From Strigamia acuminata (lineage: Eukaryota), in assembly GCA_949358305.1 (NCBI GenBank), contig OX442314.1, positions 24,924,001 to 24,988,000 of the forward strand: a stretch of DNA of 64,000 bases, given 5' to 3'. Positions 21,951 through 37,400 of this stretch are shown piece by piece. Under the pieces are notes generated by a model. It had not been told where the DNA came from. It searched no databases and saw only the letters and a list, made by a program, of their open reading frames with translations. Both the position numbers and the translations under genes were made by a program. Within the stretch, counting starts at the first letter, position 1; each line of letters begins with the position of its first letter.

Positions 21951-24182
21951 ATTCCTATGTCCATACATGGCGCTACACTGCGGCTAACTAGATATAGAAC
22001 AAACATTTTGTTTTCTAGATGTAGAATAACACAGGCAGCTTTAGGCCTAAAGGGTCAGTTGCGAAATCTAGGCCTGAAGGAACAAGAGATACAAAATTAG
22101 TGAAGTCCAATGATGAGACTATTGAGGCAAGCATTGAATCTATTCATAGACATAGACATGTGGTGTAATTGGGAGATAAAACTGGACAAATTAAGGGTTG
22201 TCACATGTTGTGACATACCATTAGCGCATTAGATTTGGAAAGAACACATTTCAGCACAATTTTCTTTATGTTGAAAATAACTAGAGCATTGTACATTTTA
22301 TTTTAGACAACATGAAATGAGCAATAAGAGAAAAGAGAAGTGGCAGTCCATGCAAACGTTATTGGAATAAAATGATTTTATTTACAACACAAAATCATGT
22401 TTTTAAATTAAAAATGAAAGTATATATAAAGTACACGATGATTCCATGAACAAAATTAATTATTCCTTCACTAACTTTAAGCTATATAAAATTCATTTAA
22501 CTGATGGCTTAAACACCTAAAAGCTAATTTATATATAAAAGATGGTTGGAATTGTATTGAGCAGAAAATTAACACAAGAAAAAAAATAAAAAAGCAAAAA
22601 TATAATTTCCAATCAGATAGAAACCAAGAACATTGAGTACATTACACATTCAAGCATAAATTTGCTGTTTCTACCATTTCCAAATGAAAATAAACACCAA
22701 ACAACTAAACTGCTAAGTGCTAACCAATATGGGTTTACCTCATCCATTTACATTGGAAAAAATTCGAATGTAAAGCATTTATTCCAAAGTTGAGACATTC
22801 ATGCATTGAAACTTTGTCTCCAAAAATGTATTTAGGAAATAGCTGTTACATATTTCTATTCAGTTCAAAAATTGTTTGTATCATCTTAAAGATCCACAGT
22901 GCCAAACACCACACTAGTAAACCCCATTTCTCTTTATATTCCCAGCTGTAAACATACCAACTGCATCTATGACACAACAATAGAAGCAAGTCAGCAAGAT
23001 AAATACTCTTTTGCTTATTATCAACTCAATAAACACAAACTTTCCATATAACTATAACAGTTTTTGGTATTCACAATCTGGTTTTTTATTTCCCACTCTG
23101 GATTTAATAGGATCTATACTTGGCCACTGTTGGAGGGACCCTCAGATGGGTCACACATAAGCCCAAATTTTACATGTGGGCAATGTCTACTGCCAGGGAA
23201 TTCTAGATCTTTCTAGTCTGAGAAAACTCTCCCATGTAAACAGAAAATGTGAACCAGGATACTTATATACGAAGGTGCATTCATAATTTAATTTAAATTG
23301 CAGTTAAACATATTTTGCTGTTTAAATGTCCACTGCGACTGAAAACAGACTAAATTGGCCATACTGTTTCTTTTTAACAAGCAGTTTAAATATGTTATTT
23401 AAAGGCTGTTTAGCCTAAATTACTTTATGAATGTGCCTAGTGCTGCAGTATGCAATATATCTTCGGCCACAACACTTTATGTACATTGTTTGTTTGTAAG
23501 TTTAAACTTGTAGGAGCTCACGTTAAATGCGAAAGTGCTATATTGGAAATATTTGGTCCTTAGTTTTGTATAAAAAATAATTTTGGGAAATACAAAACAG
23601 TTTGTGAATGCCTTTATTTTATTGCCGTACAATATTCGTCAATGCACTGTAACAAAGTTACTCCTTGATACTCCGTGATAACAACATGTTCAGATCTCTG
23701 CACCAACAATCTGGCACTACAACGAGTCAAGCACATTTGACATCAAACCATCACTTGTCAAGTGATGGAGTCACTACTTGAAGTGACAACCTTTGCATTA
23801 GCAAACCAACCAACCAAACCAACTGATAACTCTAGCTATGCTATGAAAAGAGTTAATAACAAAATATTTGATTAGGTAAAAAAAAGAAGTGTGTGTGCTA
23901 TTTCCTTGTTTGGCAGCCAATGTTATTTGATAAATTGGCAAGCTGGTTGGAAGTATATGTTATTTTTAGAAAAATAATACCTAATTCGTGTTAATTTTAT
24001 TTCCAAACTAGAATGAGTGAAAAAGGAAGCATGAAAAAGTTGAAAGCTGACACCTTTCATCATTGTACAAAACAACCTTTCATCTTTTGAATATTTTTCC
24101 GCCATTCGGCCGGTGTTGGTTCCTTGACATCGTGAAAGACGGTTTCGTCATCGTGTTGCGAACCAACTTTTGTTGCATCTAC

Positions 24183-27100
24183 TCAGAAGTGATCGATGAT
24201 TCTGTACAATCCTGTGTAGCCGCAGCAGCGAGCCCGCAACTGCTCAACGAAGCCACATCCTTCAGTTACGTAGTCCATCAGCGACGAGCATTCACACAAC
24301 AGAACGTACGTAATCCCGCCGTTCGGCCATAACTTTTTGTGAAATGTTATTCTCTTCAGCCCGAGCATTTTCGGTAGATATTTATACGTCATCCGTGCAC
24401 CTAAACAAAATCAACCCAAAAATAAATTAACCAACAACAAATGTGAAAACTTCCATGCGGGTTCAATTAAAAACAAACAAACATCGCTAGACCGAAATAA
24501 ACAAGCTTCAACGTGCATCGCAGTGAAGTCTCCTTTTTGGGGCTTCTTTCTTGCGAAGATTTCCATAAAATGCAAATCAAAGGCCATTCCTTTTTGGAAT
24601 TGTGCGGGTTTGAGCACAGTTAGGAATTGCATTGTATCGTCAACAATACAATGTATAAAGCATCATGCAGCTTCCATATTTTCCCCTAGCAACGGTCGGC
24701 CAGGTAATGATAATAAAGGATTTTCACTTCTGTTAGTGAAGTGAAAGAACAATGAGGTTTTAGGCATAGATCTTTGGCCTTGTGATTTTGTATTTGGAAG
24801 CAAAGATATACAAAACTTTTAAAATTTCACTCTTTCAAGTTTGCCGTCAAAGGCAGTTGCTTGTTTTCGGTCTAACCTGATTAAAATGACTTTCTAAATG
24901 TCTTTGTTTACTTAATGCAATCAATTCACTTTAGGTAATTAATTTTACTTAACGCAATTAAAAGAAGCATAAGTTTCGTTTCAAACTCTTATACCTGTCC
25001 ACGTTAGCCAACTTTGTTCCAATTTTTCCTTATCATCACCAGGAAACACTTTAAAAACTGTAATTATATAGCCAGTTTTAGAATTGTTTGGTTTTTTTGG
25101 TAATATGTCAATAGGAGGCCGTGCTATCGTCGCTACTTCTTCGTATACAGCTGCAACAACAAATTGCATTTGATTACATTAAACATCAAGTGCACTGACT
25201 TTTAATCTCGTTACCCATTAAGATATAAACACTAAAAGAGAACCATTCGCCAAGATTAAGTGCGTTCAATTTGAAAACTGGTTTATGGTCAATTTTAATA
25301 ATTTATCAGCAAATCGAGCTAAAAGAAGGAAAGGGACATATTACATCCTTTCAATGTAATAATAAGTGAGCTGAGGTTGTGGTTTCACATGGCCTAAGCG
25401 TAAATCCGGTCGCACGCTGTGTTTTATGTCAACACTAAAATGATATCTATGGGAGACATAAAGCCGTCAGTTTCAAATTCTCTGTTGGAGTCCCGGCTAG
25501 CTTAATTGGTAGAGCATTTCACCGGCAATCGGAGGATCTGGGTTCAACTACCTGTCTGGGCTCCTTTTGCAGTGATTTGCACCTGCAGTGTGAGTATTAA
25601 AGGTCTCTCGCTCCTTTGCCATGGCTGAGCGATTACGGCCAGAGTTGGAATGAATTTTCTAAAGAAATTTGACATTCCATGAAACCTTTGAATATCCTTG
25701 GCACAAGTTTATTGCCGAGATCTTGTCAGGATCCTCCAACAAACCTAGTGGTGACTGGTGATTACCAAGGCGCCTAAAGTCCAAGGTAGCAATTGGAGAA
25801 GTATAAACGTTTAGCCAAATTTTTGCGTTACGTAATATAAACTTACATAAGCAATAACTTTTTTCTACATTGTATCCTCCGGAATGATACAAAAGGGACT
25901 ATTCTTTTTCAGATTGAACGAATTTATTCTAGAGTTACACTTGTGGTACAAATAAGTAAAGACAGAAAGGTCGAAAGCGATCTGGTTAAAATTATTTCTG
26001 CATATGCTAATTCAGCACTTCTCAAACTAATACTATGTTTACAAGCATGGAATATTTCGAGTGAGATGAAATATTCCGTGTAATATTTCGAGTGAGATGA
26101 AATATTCCGTGTGCACAACTGTCATGTAAACAGGGATGACGAGGATTATTCGAGTAGTGAATAATCCCTCGCAGAAGGTTGTTTAATTCGAGTGAACTCG
26201 AACTATTTTTATTGCGCATGCGTGCATCGCTTCCAGCACTTCCCCATTGGTCGAAAACCGAAAGTGATCACGAATTATTTTCTGCATGTAAACACAACAA
26301 TTCGATTTTTTTCACCACTCGAATTATTCACCACTCAAAATATTCGGTGCATGTAAACGTAGTATAAGTAATGTAGCGGACCAGTATTATAGATAAAGTG
26401 GTGGTGGACCACAGTCTGAGAAGCGCTTTGCTAATTGTGTTTACTTACTTTTACCATCAAAAATGAATGATATGTAGAAAGGGAAAGGGAAGATAAGTGG
26501 TTACACTTGTGCGTGCAAGACTGATGTAAGTATTTGACATTACGTCATGATTAAAATATGGAAACTTGAATCTCACATATATTGTGGTCACCAACATGCT
26601 GTATTTTTTCAGGCGAGAAGTTTTCAACCATGATACTATTATACTGCATCAAAAATTTGTTAGGATCAGTTATTGTTGTGTTTATAACCATGTACAAAAT
26701 CAAAGGGTATGTAGCTGTAAACAAAAATATAATATAGAAGAAATGAATGTCAAAATTTAATTCATTAAACAAAAAAAAAAACAATTATTACCATTTTTTT
26801 CTATATTCATTAACATCATTCCTTCCAAAGCTGATCCCACTTGGTTGACTTTCTTCAGTGTTTCTTTCAGTGCATCTAACTGTACATTCAATGGATGAGG
26901 TCCCTGAACCATGGTTGGAATGGGAGGTGATAATGGTCTCAATGTTTCCAAAAAATCTAACACTATAGACACACTTGGATTTTCTAACTGCATCATGCTC
27001 AAAGTCTTGCTACTCAGATGAAAAACTTGCTGAAAAGAGAATATACAAAACACAATCATGCAACTATACATACACTAAACACCTAACTCCACAAACTGCA

Positions 27101-30100
27101 TGCTTTTATGCATAATTTCAATTTACACAATTACCCAGCTGCTAAACCAATTTTTATAAGTTCCCCAATATGTGGCAAGTGCCTCAAATCTCATCCTGCA
27201 GTATCTCTTTGTTCTTGAGCATTACTCAAAGCTAGCAATAAGTCCTGCACTACCAGACACTTCATCTGACCTAAATTGCACCCAACAGGTCACCAGGTCT
27301 ATGTGTTTTGTGCCAAAGTTATGGCACATAAAGATAAAAAAAAAACACCTGCTTTGGTTTTGAAAGAGCACGCAAGGTTATAGATTTTCTTCTTTATATT
27401 TATTTGTACTATGTTAGTGCATTAGTGGACAAATGTTGGAATATTGGAATAAAGTAATTTTTGAAATGTCTTATTATTCACATAGCAATGCATTCCAATG
27501 GCCCAGAATTGGACAAAAGGTTGCCAAACTTGTGAAGAATTTTCATTTGGCCTGCCAAGTGCCAAGATGTCAATAGTAAATTTGGTGCACAACATGATAG
27601 AATTGTAGTTTGCTCGGGTTACTAAAGGAGCCCCCAAAGTCCAAGAGTTTTCGAGTTAGAAACAAAATTGGAGGTGAATAATTAGCGTAACGTTTTAAGA
27701 TTTGTAAATAATAAATAGAGAGTTTGCGGGATGCATTTTTCCCTTATTTTGCTCCACGATACACTATTTTAGTGCCATATCGTAAGGGAAAAATTTTTAG
27801 TGTATCGTTTTCAACACTAAATTAAAATCAGAATTGAGAACATTATATTGTTAGCTCCGCCCATTGCAAATGGCGATTATTTTGTTGTCCCGATCAAACA
27901 GCACAGTCATAGGTACTTAGATTGAATGATAAGTGAGGCCCAAAATTGAATTTTAGGCCCAAAACCATACTTTATAGGCATAATAATGGAATTTTATGCA
28001 GAAATTTGCACATTTACGCCCCCAAATTAAATTTTTAGGCCCAAAATTACTAACTGTCAGTAGTTGGCTGAAATAGTGTAGTGATAAGGGAAAAGTGCAG
28101 CCCGCAAACTCTCTAATGATAAAAAATCTACGCGGTATTAATGATTTACCGAGACATCGTGTATTTGTGATAACATATCGTCTATCGATTTTACAAGATC
28201 TAACATTGAAAATACACGAACAAAACAAACGGACGTTAAATTTCATTTCATTCGTGAATTAGTTATAAACTTTTATGGATTTTATTCATGTAGGCCTTAT
28301 ATTTGTGACTGGCCCAGGGCCCATCACACTCTTTGAGGGTCCTGACCACTGCTATTTTTTTTTTTAGCTGCTGTGCCAACTCTGGTAATTTATACTATTC
28401 TTTTTTACCAATTTCTCAAGGAAATTTCTCTCTTTCAGTAAGAGAGATCAACAACATAATAAATTATGCAGTCTGGCCTGTCTGCAGACTGAGCAATGTT
28501 GATTCAACCCATTGATAGTGTGGGTTACTGAACCTTGGTAAACGAGCAGCTCAGCTCAATCTTGATCAAACAATGTCTAGTTTTCTGTTCTACATATAAG
28601 TTTGCTTTTTATATTTTTAAACAAACTTTTAAAATGCATTAGATGCCTTAGAAAGTATGAAAACCTTCCAAAAAAAATTTTATTATGATAAAAAAAATCA
28701 CTTTTATTTACTTTCTACTGTATTGAACTATTTGTCTGTGCAATTCTGCAGGAAGTATTTTTTTTTCTATTCAAATGCGTGCAGTTTTCTGGAAAGGAAA
28801 TAATAGGCGTCGGAAGTTGTCACTTGCTAATGGCTTATTACACATCAAACATAAATTATTGACAGCTTTTAGCTGGTAATATCGTGCTTCAGCCAAATTG
28901 TATGCTGAATAAATTTCAAATGGTGATTTCCCTTATTAAAAACTTCCAATTATTATGTAGTCCAGTTCCTACGGCAGTCCAATAACTAGTTACCCCAAGT
29001 CTATCCACTGGTGGTCTAGATCAATCAATTCCTAACTACTCAAATCATAAGAGTTTGAAGAAAATCTCCAATTGCAATGTTATAGAGCACTGTAATTACT
29101 CCCATTTCAAATCTCAAAATTAAACTGTCAAAAACAATGTCCAGAACATTACATTTACAGGATTGTAAACATTATTCTCAAATATAGTTTGATGGAAACA
29201 GACTTCACTCCAAGTGTCTAAGCGCATCCGTAAAGTCATTTAGACTAAACAGCATTTTAAACATATATTTTAACTGCTTGTCTCGATCTAACTTCAAAAA
29301 TGGCGACTGATTGAGTCGCAGATTCAACTAAACATGTTTGACTGCAAGTTAAACATGACAATGATTGCGCCTTCTGTTTTGTGGTGGATGCTTCACCTGC
29401 AAGCATTAGAACAATTGAAAGTTTGACGACTTGTGTGGCAGCAGCTTTTTTGAATTTGGTTGTAAAAACCTTCAACCAGGTTGCACAAACCACTTTAAAA
29501 CCCATCTACCCATGAATTCTATTTTTGCAATTTTTGATGGTGCTTTATTCTGTTTATAGAAACACTAAAAACAGCAAAAACACAAACTTTGACTTGCATT
29601 TATTGCCACTATCAACTTTAAAACCGATTCAACTCCTTTTTCTACCGACATAAATTGAACAAAAGATCCAGAAATAACTTCCAACAAGCCAGACATAAAC
29701 ACTAAAAGGGAAAGACAAAGTCATTGTACTAAGACACTGGATTTCCCCCTCATTTCCCCTTTTAACTTATAACAACATAAATAAACCTAATACTGATACT
29801 AAAATAAATAAGAATATTTATTTAACTAGTTATAATACACCTTTGGGTCACAACAACACGAGGGGAAATCCTTTTACTTTGTTTTGGTCTTTTGGACTTT
29901 GGAGTAGGAAGTTTGCTGTACATTTGGGATAATGTCTTGGCTTTGGATTTTGTTGGCACATGCCAAATTTAAAGCTGTAAAGCACAGTATACAATGTAAA
30001 TATTGCAGTGCATTGCTAAAAAAAATCAATGTTGTAGTCATAGCGCGTTCATTGTCATCTTAATGGCCCCACACCTTTCATTGTTCCCAATGCTGGCCAC

Positions 30101-31519
30101 ATACAGTGCCGAGTAATATTTTTAATGAACATTTGTGAAACTAACACCATAATACCACTAATATGCATAATAAGAGGTGGATGGATGCGAGATTTATAGT
30201 TGTGTCAATAGACTGCGCTTTCTACACACCCCATTTTGAATCAAATTAGAGTTTTGCAAGAGTTTATGGGTATAAGAAAGATCTGAATTAATCCGTAGAA
30301 GTTAAACTAATCGATTAAATTGGGCTTTTCTGTGGTAAATTGTAACAACAAATGGAATTACCCTATTTATAAATCAAGTCATATATGTTATACGTTGCAC
30401 AATAACAATGATGCAGCCAGAGTTGTGACAATGTAACTTTTTAGGTAAAATAAACAATTTAAATAAAGTAGAAAGTTGGAAATAAACATTGTTGTGCATT
30501 TTAACAGCAAAAGTTTACTTTTTGTGTGGAAAAATGCACTTTAGGGTAAAAATGCCCTTTTTCAGTGCAGAAATGCCCTTTTAAGTGGTAAAAGTGCTCT
30601 TTTAAGTGGTTAAAGTGCCCTTTTTAGTGGTAAAAGTGCCCTTTATGTGGTAAAATTGCCATTTCAATTGCAAAAGTGCAATTTTTAGTTGTAATAAGCC
30701 TTTTTTAGTTGCAAAATTTCATTTTTACATCCAAAAAGTCTCTCAATAACATCAAAGATGTATGCTTACTAGATACACCCAATTAAATCCCTACTTTGAA
30801 GTATTACAGACCATAAAAACATAGACAAACAACCGTTTATAATATACATACACAAATTAAAAACCACATAATCCACTCCCACAACCTTCTAGATACCAAC
30901 TTTTACCAATCGCAATAAAACGATCAAACTGACTTGGTAAACAAATTAATACATTTTACACCCCTTTAACAACCTTCCCCTGCTCTTTACTACTTTCCAA
31001 ACATTCCAAGAACTATTAAATTCCCCAATAAAAACCAAACCAGACCAAACCCAAAAAATAATAATAATAAAAAAAAATAAAAAAAAAATTTTCAGAGTAA
31101 TCTAGATAACAAAACACGAACGAAAAAATGATGATCTATCTTACATTCGGCATAAACCGTTGAGCACAATGAATGGGAACAATAAAACAATCCTGAGTGA
31201 CTTGCTCGGCCAAGTCGGTATCAAGCACTTTCTTAGCGCCGAGCGACGCCAATTGTTTGTCCAACGTGTTCGCGGTCGGGAACAAGCCGCGTGCAATTTG
31301 AGGTTTGTAGGAGAAGCGACTGTACGTTTCGGACGACGTGTTCAACATCGGGTTATTCGTTTCCATGTCCGGTAACTTGGTTTTCGCATTCCCCCTGCGC
31401 GTAACACTTCCCTTTCGTTTCCTGCGGTGACTGTCATAATGATGATGTCCACCAAAGATCGTGTTCTCATTGTTTCGCGAGTCCATCAACAGATGCGTGC
31501 GGAAATGTAGATTGGTCAT
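24183..31519 (-). CDS. Conserved uncharacterised protein (recalled as DUF7153-type, unverified); exons 31145-31519, 26792-27029, 26577-26714, 24995-25150, 24183-24400
   Basis: Five exons with compatible phases; motifs YEEVATIARPP, TGYIITVFKVFPGDDKEKLEQSWLTWTGAR..Y.YLP..LGLKRITFHKK, FVEQLRARCCGYTGLYR. Confidence 0.85.
25487..25650 (+). mobile_element. tRNA-derived SINE-like sequence or tRNA pseudogene (intronic)
   Basis: A box TAGCTTAATTGGTAGAGC and B box GGTTCAACTACC; cloverleaf imperfect; 3' end approximate. Confidence 0.6.
26031..26364. mobile_element. PIF/Harbinger (Tourist-like) MITE
   Basis: Imperfect ~33-bp TIRs TACTATGTTTACA... / ...TGTAAACGTAGTA; TAA TSD on both sides; internal ~31-bp tandem duplication. 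Confidence 0.8.
30530..30720. repeat. Degenerate ~21-bp tandem repeat (AGTGGTAAAAGTGCCCTTTTA-like)
   Basis: Repeated GGTAAAAGTGCC/CTTTT units. Confidence 0.8.
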
Positions 31520-31844
31520 TTTGATTTTTTTTGTTGAGTTTTGTTGGATTTTTGAGAGTTTTTGGTTTTGAATTAACTGATTTTGTTGTTGGACTTCGAA
31601 TTCGAACGGTCGGAAAGGCACATGCAGCGCGGTTAAAGACGTGGAGGTTTTGGCTAAACTGAGCCTTTGGGTGGAGCTTGATCGAACCTCGTGCACCTAT
31701 TTATAGTTCGGTCGCGCCCGTGATGTCATTATTTAATAATACAAATGCAACTTTTAGGTTAATAATTGCTTTTCGTCACGTAATAGTGTTTGGTAATGGC
31801 ATTTTAAGGTCAGAAAGAATGAAATGGGTCAATTAAATTTTTTT

Positions 31845-32228
31845 TTTTGCTTTTTGTTTTTTGCTGTTTTTGCTGTTTTTCTTTTGCTGTTTTTTTTTTC
31901 ACTTCCTGTATTTTGCTGTTTCTTGTTTTATTGCTGTTTTTATTTGGCTGTTTTTTGCTGTTTTTGATATTTTGCTGCTTTTTGCTGTTTTTTTTTTGCT
32001 GCTTTTTGCTGTTTTTTTTGTGCTGCTTTTTGCTGTTTTTTTTTTGTGCTGCTTTTTGCTGTTTTTTTGCTGCTTTTTGCTGTTTTTTTGCTGCTTTTGT
32101 TTTTTTTGCTGCTTTTTGCTGTTTTTTTGCTGCTTTTGTATTTTTTGCTGCTTTTTGCTGTTTTTTTGCTGTTTTTTGTTTTCTTGTGTTGTTTTTGCTG
32201 TTTTCCTTGCTGTTTTTAAGTGTTTTTT
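31845..32228. repeat. Low-complexity (TTTTGCTG)-like repeat
   Basis: Dozens of T-run plus GCTG units. Confidence 0.95.
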
Positions 32229-32562
32229 CAAATTTTTCACGATATTTATTGACTTTATGACGTCATTTGTAACGATTTGTGCGCATCTAATTTGATTTTG
32301 TATTTATACGAGCGTCATTAAAAAGAGTTGGAAAATATATGTTTTGTTCGGTCGCTATGGTTACCACAATTTGTTGCGCTGTTTGACCTCATTATTTTTA
32401 TTTTGGTTTGAGAAACGCGACTCATGGCATTGGTACTAATGATAATGACACTGGAAATCATAGTTAAATAAACCACGCATAATCCCTAATCACTCAAACC
32501 AATAATACCTTTCTCCATAAAAATCAAGACAAATTTTTCTAATTTATTCTAAATAACCATTT

Positions 32563-32597
<35 letters not shown>

Positions 32598-34481
32598 ATC
32601 AATCAATTACCACGATTTTATAAATTGCATAAGAGCCTTGTTCCAAATTTATAATTGCACTGAAAAGCCAAGTTTTAACCTGCAACAACCACCACAGAAA
32701 TAGCATATAAACACTATCGAGAATAGAAACTAAACTTGGCACAAACTTTTATTTTTTATTTATAAAAAAACACACAAATCCATAGGTAAGATCTATCTTT
32801 TTTTTATCCCAAAGAAAAATAAATAATAATAAGTGGTTGGCAAGTTTTAGTTTGGGTTTGGCGTGTTTAGCTTGTTGTTGTTGTTGTGATAAGTGTTCAT
32901 AAATTTCATAAAACCGTGCAAAGCGAGACATGTTTTGCACAATTTATCCATTATATCTAAGTGATGTAACCATTACGTGCCCAGTGCACGCTTTAAATCT
33001 ATAATGGACTTTATTCGACACAATGGACCCCCATTTGCACAAATCAAAAAAAAAAAAAAAAAAAAAGAGTGAGATATAAATTTTTTGAATAAAAATGACA
33101 ATAGAAGAAAAAAGTCGCACACTTTTTACCAAATCGTTACAATCTGTCCGACGTTTCGAATCACAATTTTCATTTCCTAGTCCAACGAGACCTCTAGTGG
33201 CGCCATTCCTAACCACGAATAAAAACATCATAATATTGATTCTACCGTAATTATGACTAGAACAAAAATAGCTAAACCACATAAAGAACTCATTGACTCC
33301 ATTGTGAAGTCTCCCGAGTTAAAATATCGACTGTCAGCACGAATTGTAAAAAAAAACACCAAACAATAGCTCAAACAACCGAATCCGCCATTTTAACTCA
33401 TTGTTACAAATGGCGCTGCGTTAATATGAAGCACATAAACTCGCATCAATTAAAATTACACAATATTCAATTAATAATGCATGATTTACAGTCTACACCT
33501 GGGTATTTGGCATTCAAGTCGTGCACTCAAAGTAATTAAAAAAGGGTGGGAACCTAAAACCTAATTCGTAAATGTTTTGTGTTTATACACACTAAAGGGT
33601 AAACTAAGTTGTAATTACTGCCGTATTGTGTCACAACATTCACCGTCTATTGAGTACAACGTGCAATTTTGACGCTCTCACAACTGGCTACTCACACTGC
33701 GACAATGTTGACAATTTTCTGCTGTTTTTTTTTTTAAAAAATTGGTTTCGAAGAGTTTTATCGTCATGTTTGTGATTTTTAAGGCGTTTTAAACATGTGG
33801 AATTAAAATTGAATTTAAGGTTTCGTTTCTTACCTAATATTCGCCACACACTAAGCCTACAAAGTACAAACAACGTTATCCTACTGTCTTCATTCGTATT
33901 TTATTTCGCTATTGATTTTTCGGTTACTATGGTAACCAGCATCCAAGAACATGGCTGCTGCGAAAGGGTGATGTGTTAATGTGTTTATTGACAGTATTAA
34001 CTATTTAAAAGTTTTTAAAAAAAACGAAAAACAAAATTTATTGCGATAAACGAATCATAAATTAATTAAATAATTAATTAATTAAAAATAATAAAAGTTT
34101 ATAATTTTTTTTTTTATATTTAAAATATAAATTGTTTAAAAAATGTGGAATAAAAATTTTTAATTTCTTTTGTAAAATAAAAATACATATATATATTTGT
34201 AGTAAAAAATGTTTTTTTTATAAATAAGAAAGAAAATGACGTGATTTGTGCTCGCTCCTCGGCTTGCTCCTTGCTCGCGTGACGCCATTTTCGATCTGCG
34301 GGATAGGAATATGAAATTCTTAAAATTGTGGTGCGGTGCGGTACTTTAATGGGACCAAACCGACCGGACCGGATAAAGATATATGAAGGTCTGAGAAGAC
34401 TAATCGTTACAATGTTTTTTAAACACAATAAGCGATTTGGTACCTAAATTCGACCGGATGCGAATAAACGTGTGCAGAAGT

Positions 34482-37400
34482 ATGGTCGCGTACACTTTAA
34501 CACTTATTCGACAGTAAGTTTATTTGTTTGGAAATTCGGTCAGGCAAAAAAACCCTCTGAGAACACTCGACCATTTTGACATGATATTATTTTTCTTTTT
34601 CTTCGTTTTACAGTGGAGAAACAAAAGCAAATAAGGAAAATGTGATACAAGGTTTTGTATTATTTATCTCAAGTGTTTGTTATGCGGTAATATTAATATT
34701 TATTTATTTTTTTGCTGTAAATAATAGGTCAATCTGATGTTCCGTTATCTGATGCAGGAATAAGACAAGCCCAACTGTTAGGACAAAGATTACAGAATCA
34801 GAAATATAGTCATGTATTTGCTAGTGATTTATCTCGAGCAAAACAGGTATTTATATATGAATGGAGATTTAATAAGTAAGTAAATAAATCATAACAATTT
34901 GTGTTGTTTGACATATTTACTTTGAATCCTTAAATTTTTTCTGCGACTATAACTCTGAACTACCGTAAATGCAGCTGGAAAATACAAAAATGCATTTTCA
35001 AGTTCAAATTTTTTTTGAATTGTCGAAAATACATTTTAAGGTACAAAATGCACTTTTTGTGTACAAAAATTGATTCCTTGAGATTGAAAATCTATTTTAA
35101 TTATCACCTACCGGTAATTTCTTACCGGGGGAAATCTAGGTTTTGTCAATAGTGTGCGATTGGGAATGTTATTATTATTACGGTAGACATTTAATACAAT
35201 AATTAACTAATGAAACCTTTTTATTCATATTGTAGACTGCACAAAACATTCTTGACATAAATATCTGCAAAAATGTTCTGATAGTAGAGGATTCACGACT
35301 TCGAGAAAGAGTATGTATTTGTTCGTGGGACTCGGGAAACAGATAGGAGTAGAAACTGAACATTTTGGAAGCAAATTAATTCAATTTGGTTCTGGATACA
35401 AATCGACCTTCCCAGTTAAAAAGGATAATAAGTTACGTTTCGGTTTTCTGGCTGAATCACAAGTAATTTGTATTGACCCGTTCATAAGCCAATCCCCAAA
35501 CTTTTGAGTATAACTTATTGTCGAAACGCGAACTTGGATTACTCGGACGTCTGCAGCCCTCGTTTAATGGCGTTCATTTAGGAGTTCTCCATGAACCTGC
35601 ATTTGCCCGCGTAATCCGCGTGTAACTTTCAGTCACGTACCGTCAAATTGCGGCTTAATTCATTTAGGGGCCTTGGCTCGTTTAACCGCTGGGGGATCAC
35701 TGACAATATATGCAATAAGCACCGGGTCCAAATAAGCACCAAGGTTAATAAAAATCACTGAATTTTTGTATAGAAAACAGTGATTCGTATTTTCTTATAA
35801 AAGTCAGCAATTTTTACAAGAAAATCATTATTTTTTAGAAAAAAAAAAAAATCGGTTTTATTTTTATAATCCGCCGGTCCCGTATAAGTGCCGGAGTTTA
35901 AAATAGGCGCCGGGATGGTTGGGTCCGAAAAATAAATAAAGGCCCGGGCCGCAATTTGAAGCTTTGCGGTATTGCATTATCAAATTGAATAATCTGACAA
36001 CATAACCGTAAGTTTCTACTCCGATTACTGTTCAGCATTAAATAAAATTTACAGTGGTGTAACATGCTAAAAAACTGAGTTGTGGTGTATGTGCTCTATA
36101 TTTGTCAATTTTATTTTTGTAAGATTACATCGTGGATTAAATATTATTTTTTTGCATTTACAGAAGTTTGGTGATGTTGAAGGTAAACATGTGAGCGAAT
36201 TACGCAAGCTTGCTAGTTGTGCTAACCAGGCGAATCCACATTACACACCAGTTGGTGGCGAAACTCTTCAACAGGTAAATATTCCATAAATGTTTAGAAA
36301 TATCAATAGTGTTCCAAATTAAACAACGCATCAAAAGTCTACACAAATTACTATAAAAAAGCATCAATTGGGTAATCATAAATCATTGGTACATTGCTAT
36401 CACTATAAACCAAGATATCTGTGTCAGCATGATTGAGGTAAATCTGTTGATGGTCCTCAGAAACCATGGCTTTGCAGGATCCGCCGTTCCAGGACCAGTT
36501 TACTGCATTTGGCACCTGGTATTCTAGGTGCACCTAGTGCTGAACTGGCCCGTCCCTAGCCCACCGTAGCCTGTTCGTGTGGCCCGACACATCCAGATTT
36601 CCCAGTACTAAATTTGTACCCAGTCCAGCCCTGGGTGCTCTTCAGTAAAAGAAAAATCTGATGTTTTAAATGATTTATTATAATATTTTATCAAAATGGA
36701 AATCTATGTACCAAAACTAGAAGGTGATCTGCTTTACTAAATGCTTTGATCTATGTGCAATGACCAGTGGCTGCAAATAATAACATAGTTGCCGGTTAGG
36801 TAGACAAAACTAAAAATAATTCAGGAACCAGCATGTCTACTTTGCAAATACGGGCTAAGAAATTCAGGTGCCTCGGCGATCAGGCACCGGGTATTTGTCC
36901 ATCCCTGGTTGCGTGGTAGTGCCGTGTGCACTTCGGTACATTAATTTTTCGAAAAGCAGAAGTAAAGATTGATACGGCAGTGGCCAAACGTAAGAACAAC
37001 ATGGTGGCACAATTTGAATAATGGATCCTGTATACCGGATTCAAAAGAGTTTTTGATACTCGGCAACCGTTTCTTTACTATTTGCGTTGAAATATGTGTA
37101 TAAGCATGAGAAAAAAGAGAAAAAGAAAAAAATTAGTTTTCTAGAATGATTTTCTTAATAGGTACGAGAACGGGCAATATTATTTTTCCAAGACTTATGT
37201 CAACAGTTGAGAAAAGCTAATGACGTAAACGATGACAGAAATGACGAAGAAATGGAATCTGAGAACGTTTCGCGTAATGCCGGAGTAAAACGAAGACGGC
37301 AAAGCGACACGAGCGCCGTTGATTCCGGCATCAGTATAAGATTGTCAATCGAAGAAAAAATCAATGTTGAATGCAAGCAATCGCGCATCGACACGCAAGA

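Noticed and set aside
31847..32295. Long F/C/L-rich and K/Q-rich ORFs
   Set aside because: Translations of a low-complexity TTTTGCTG repeat.
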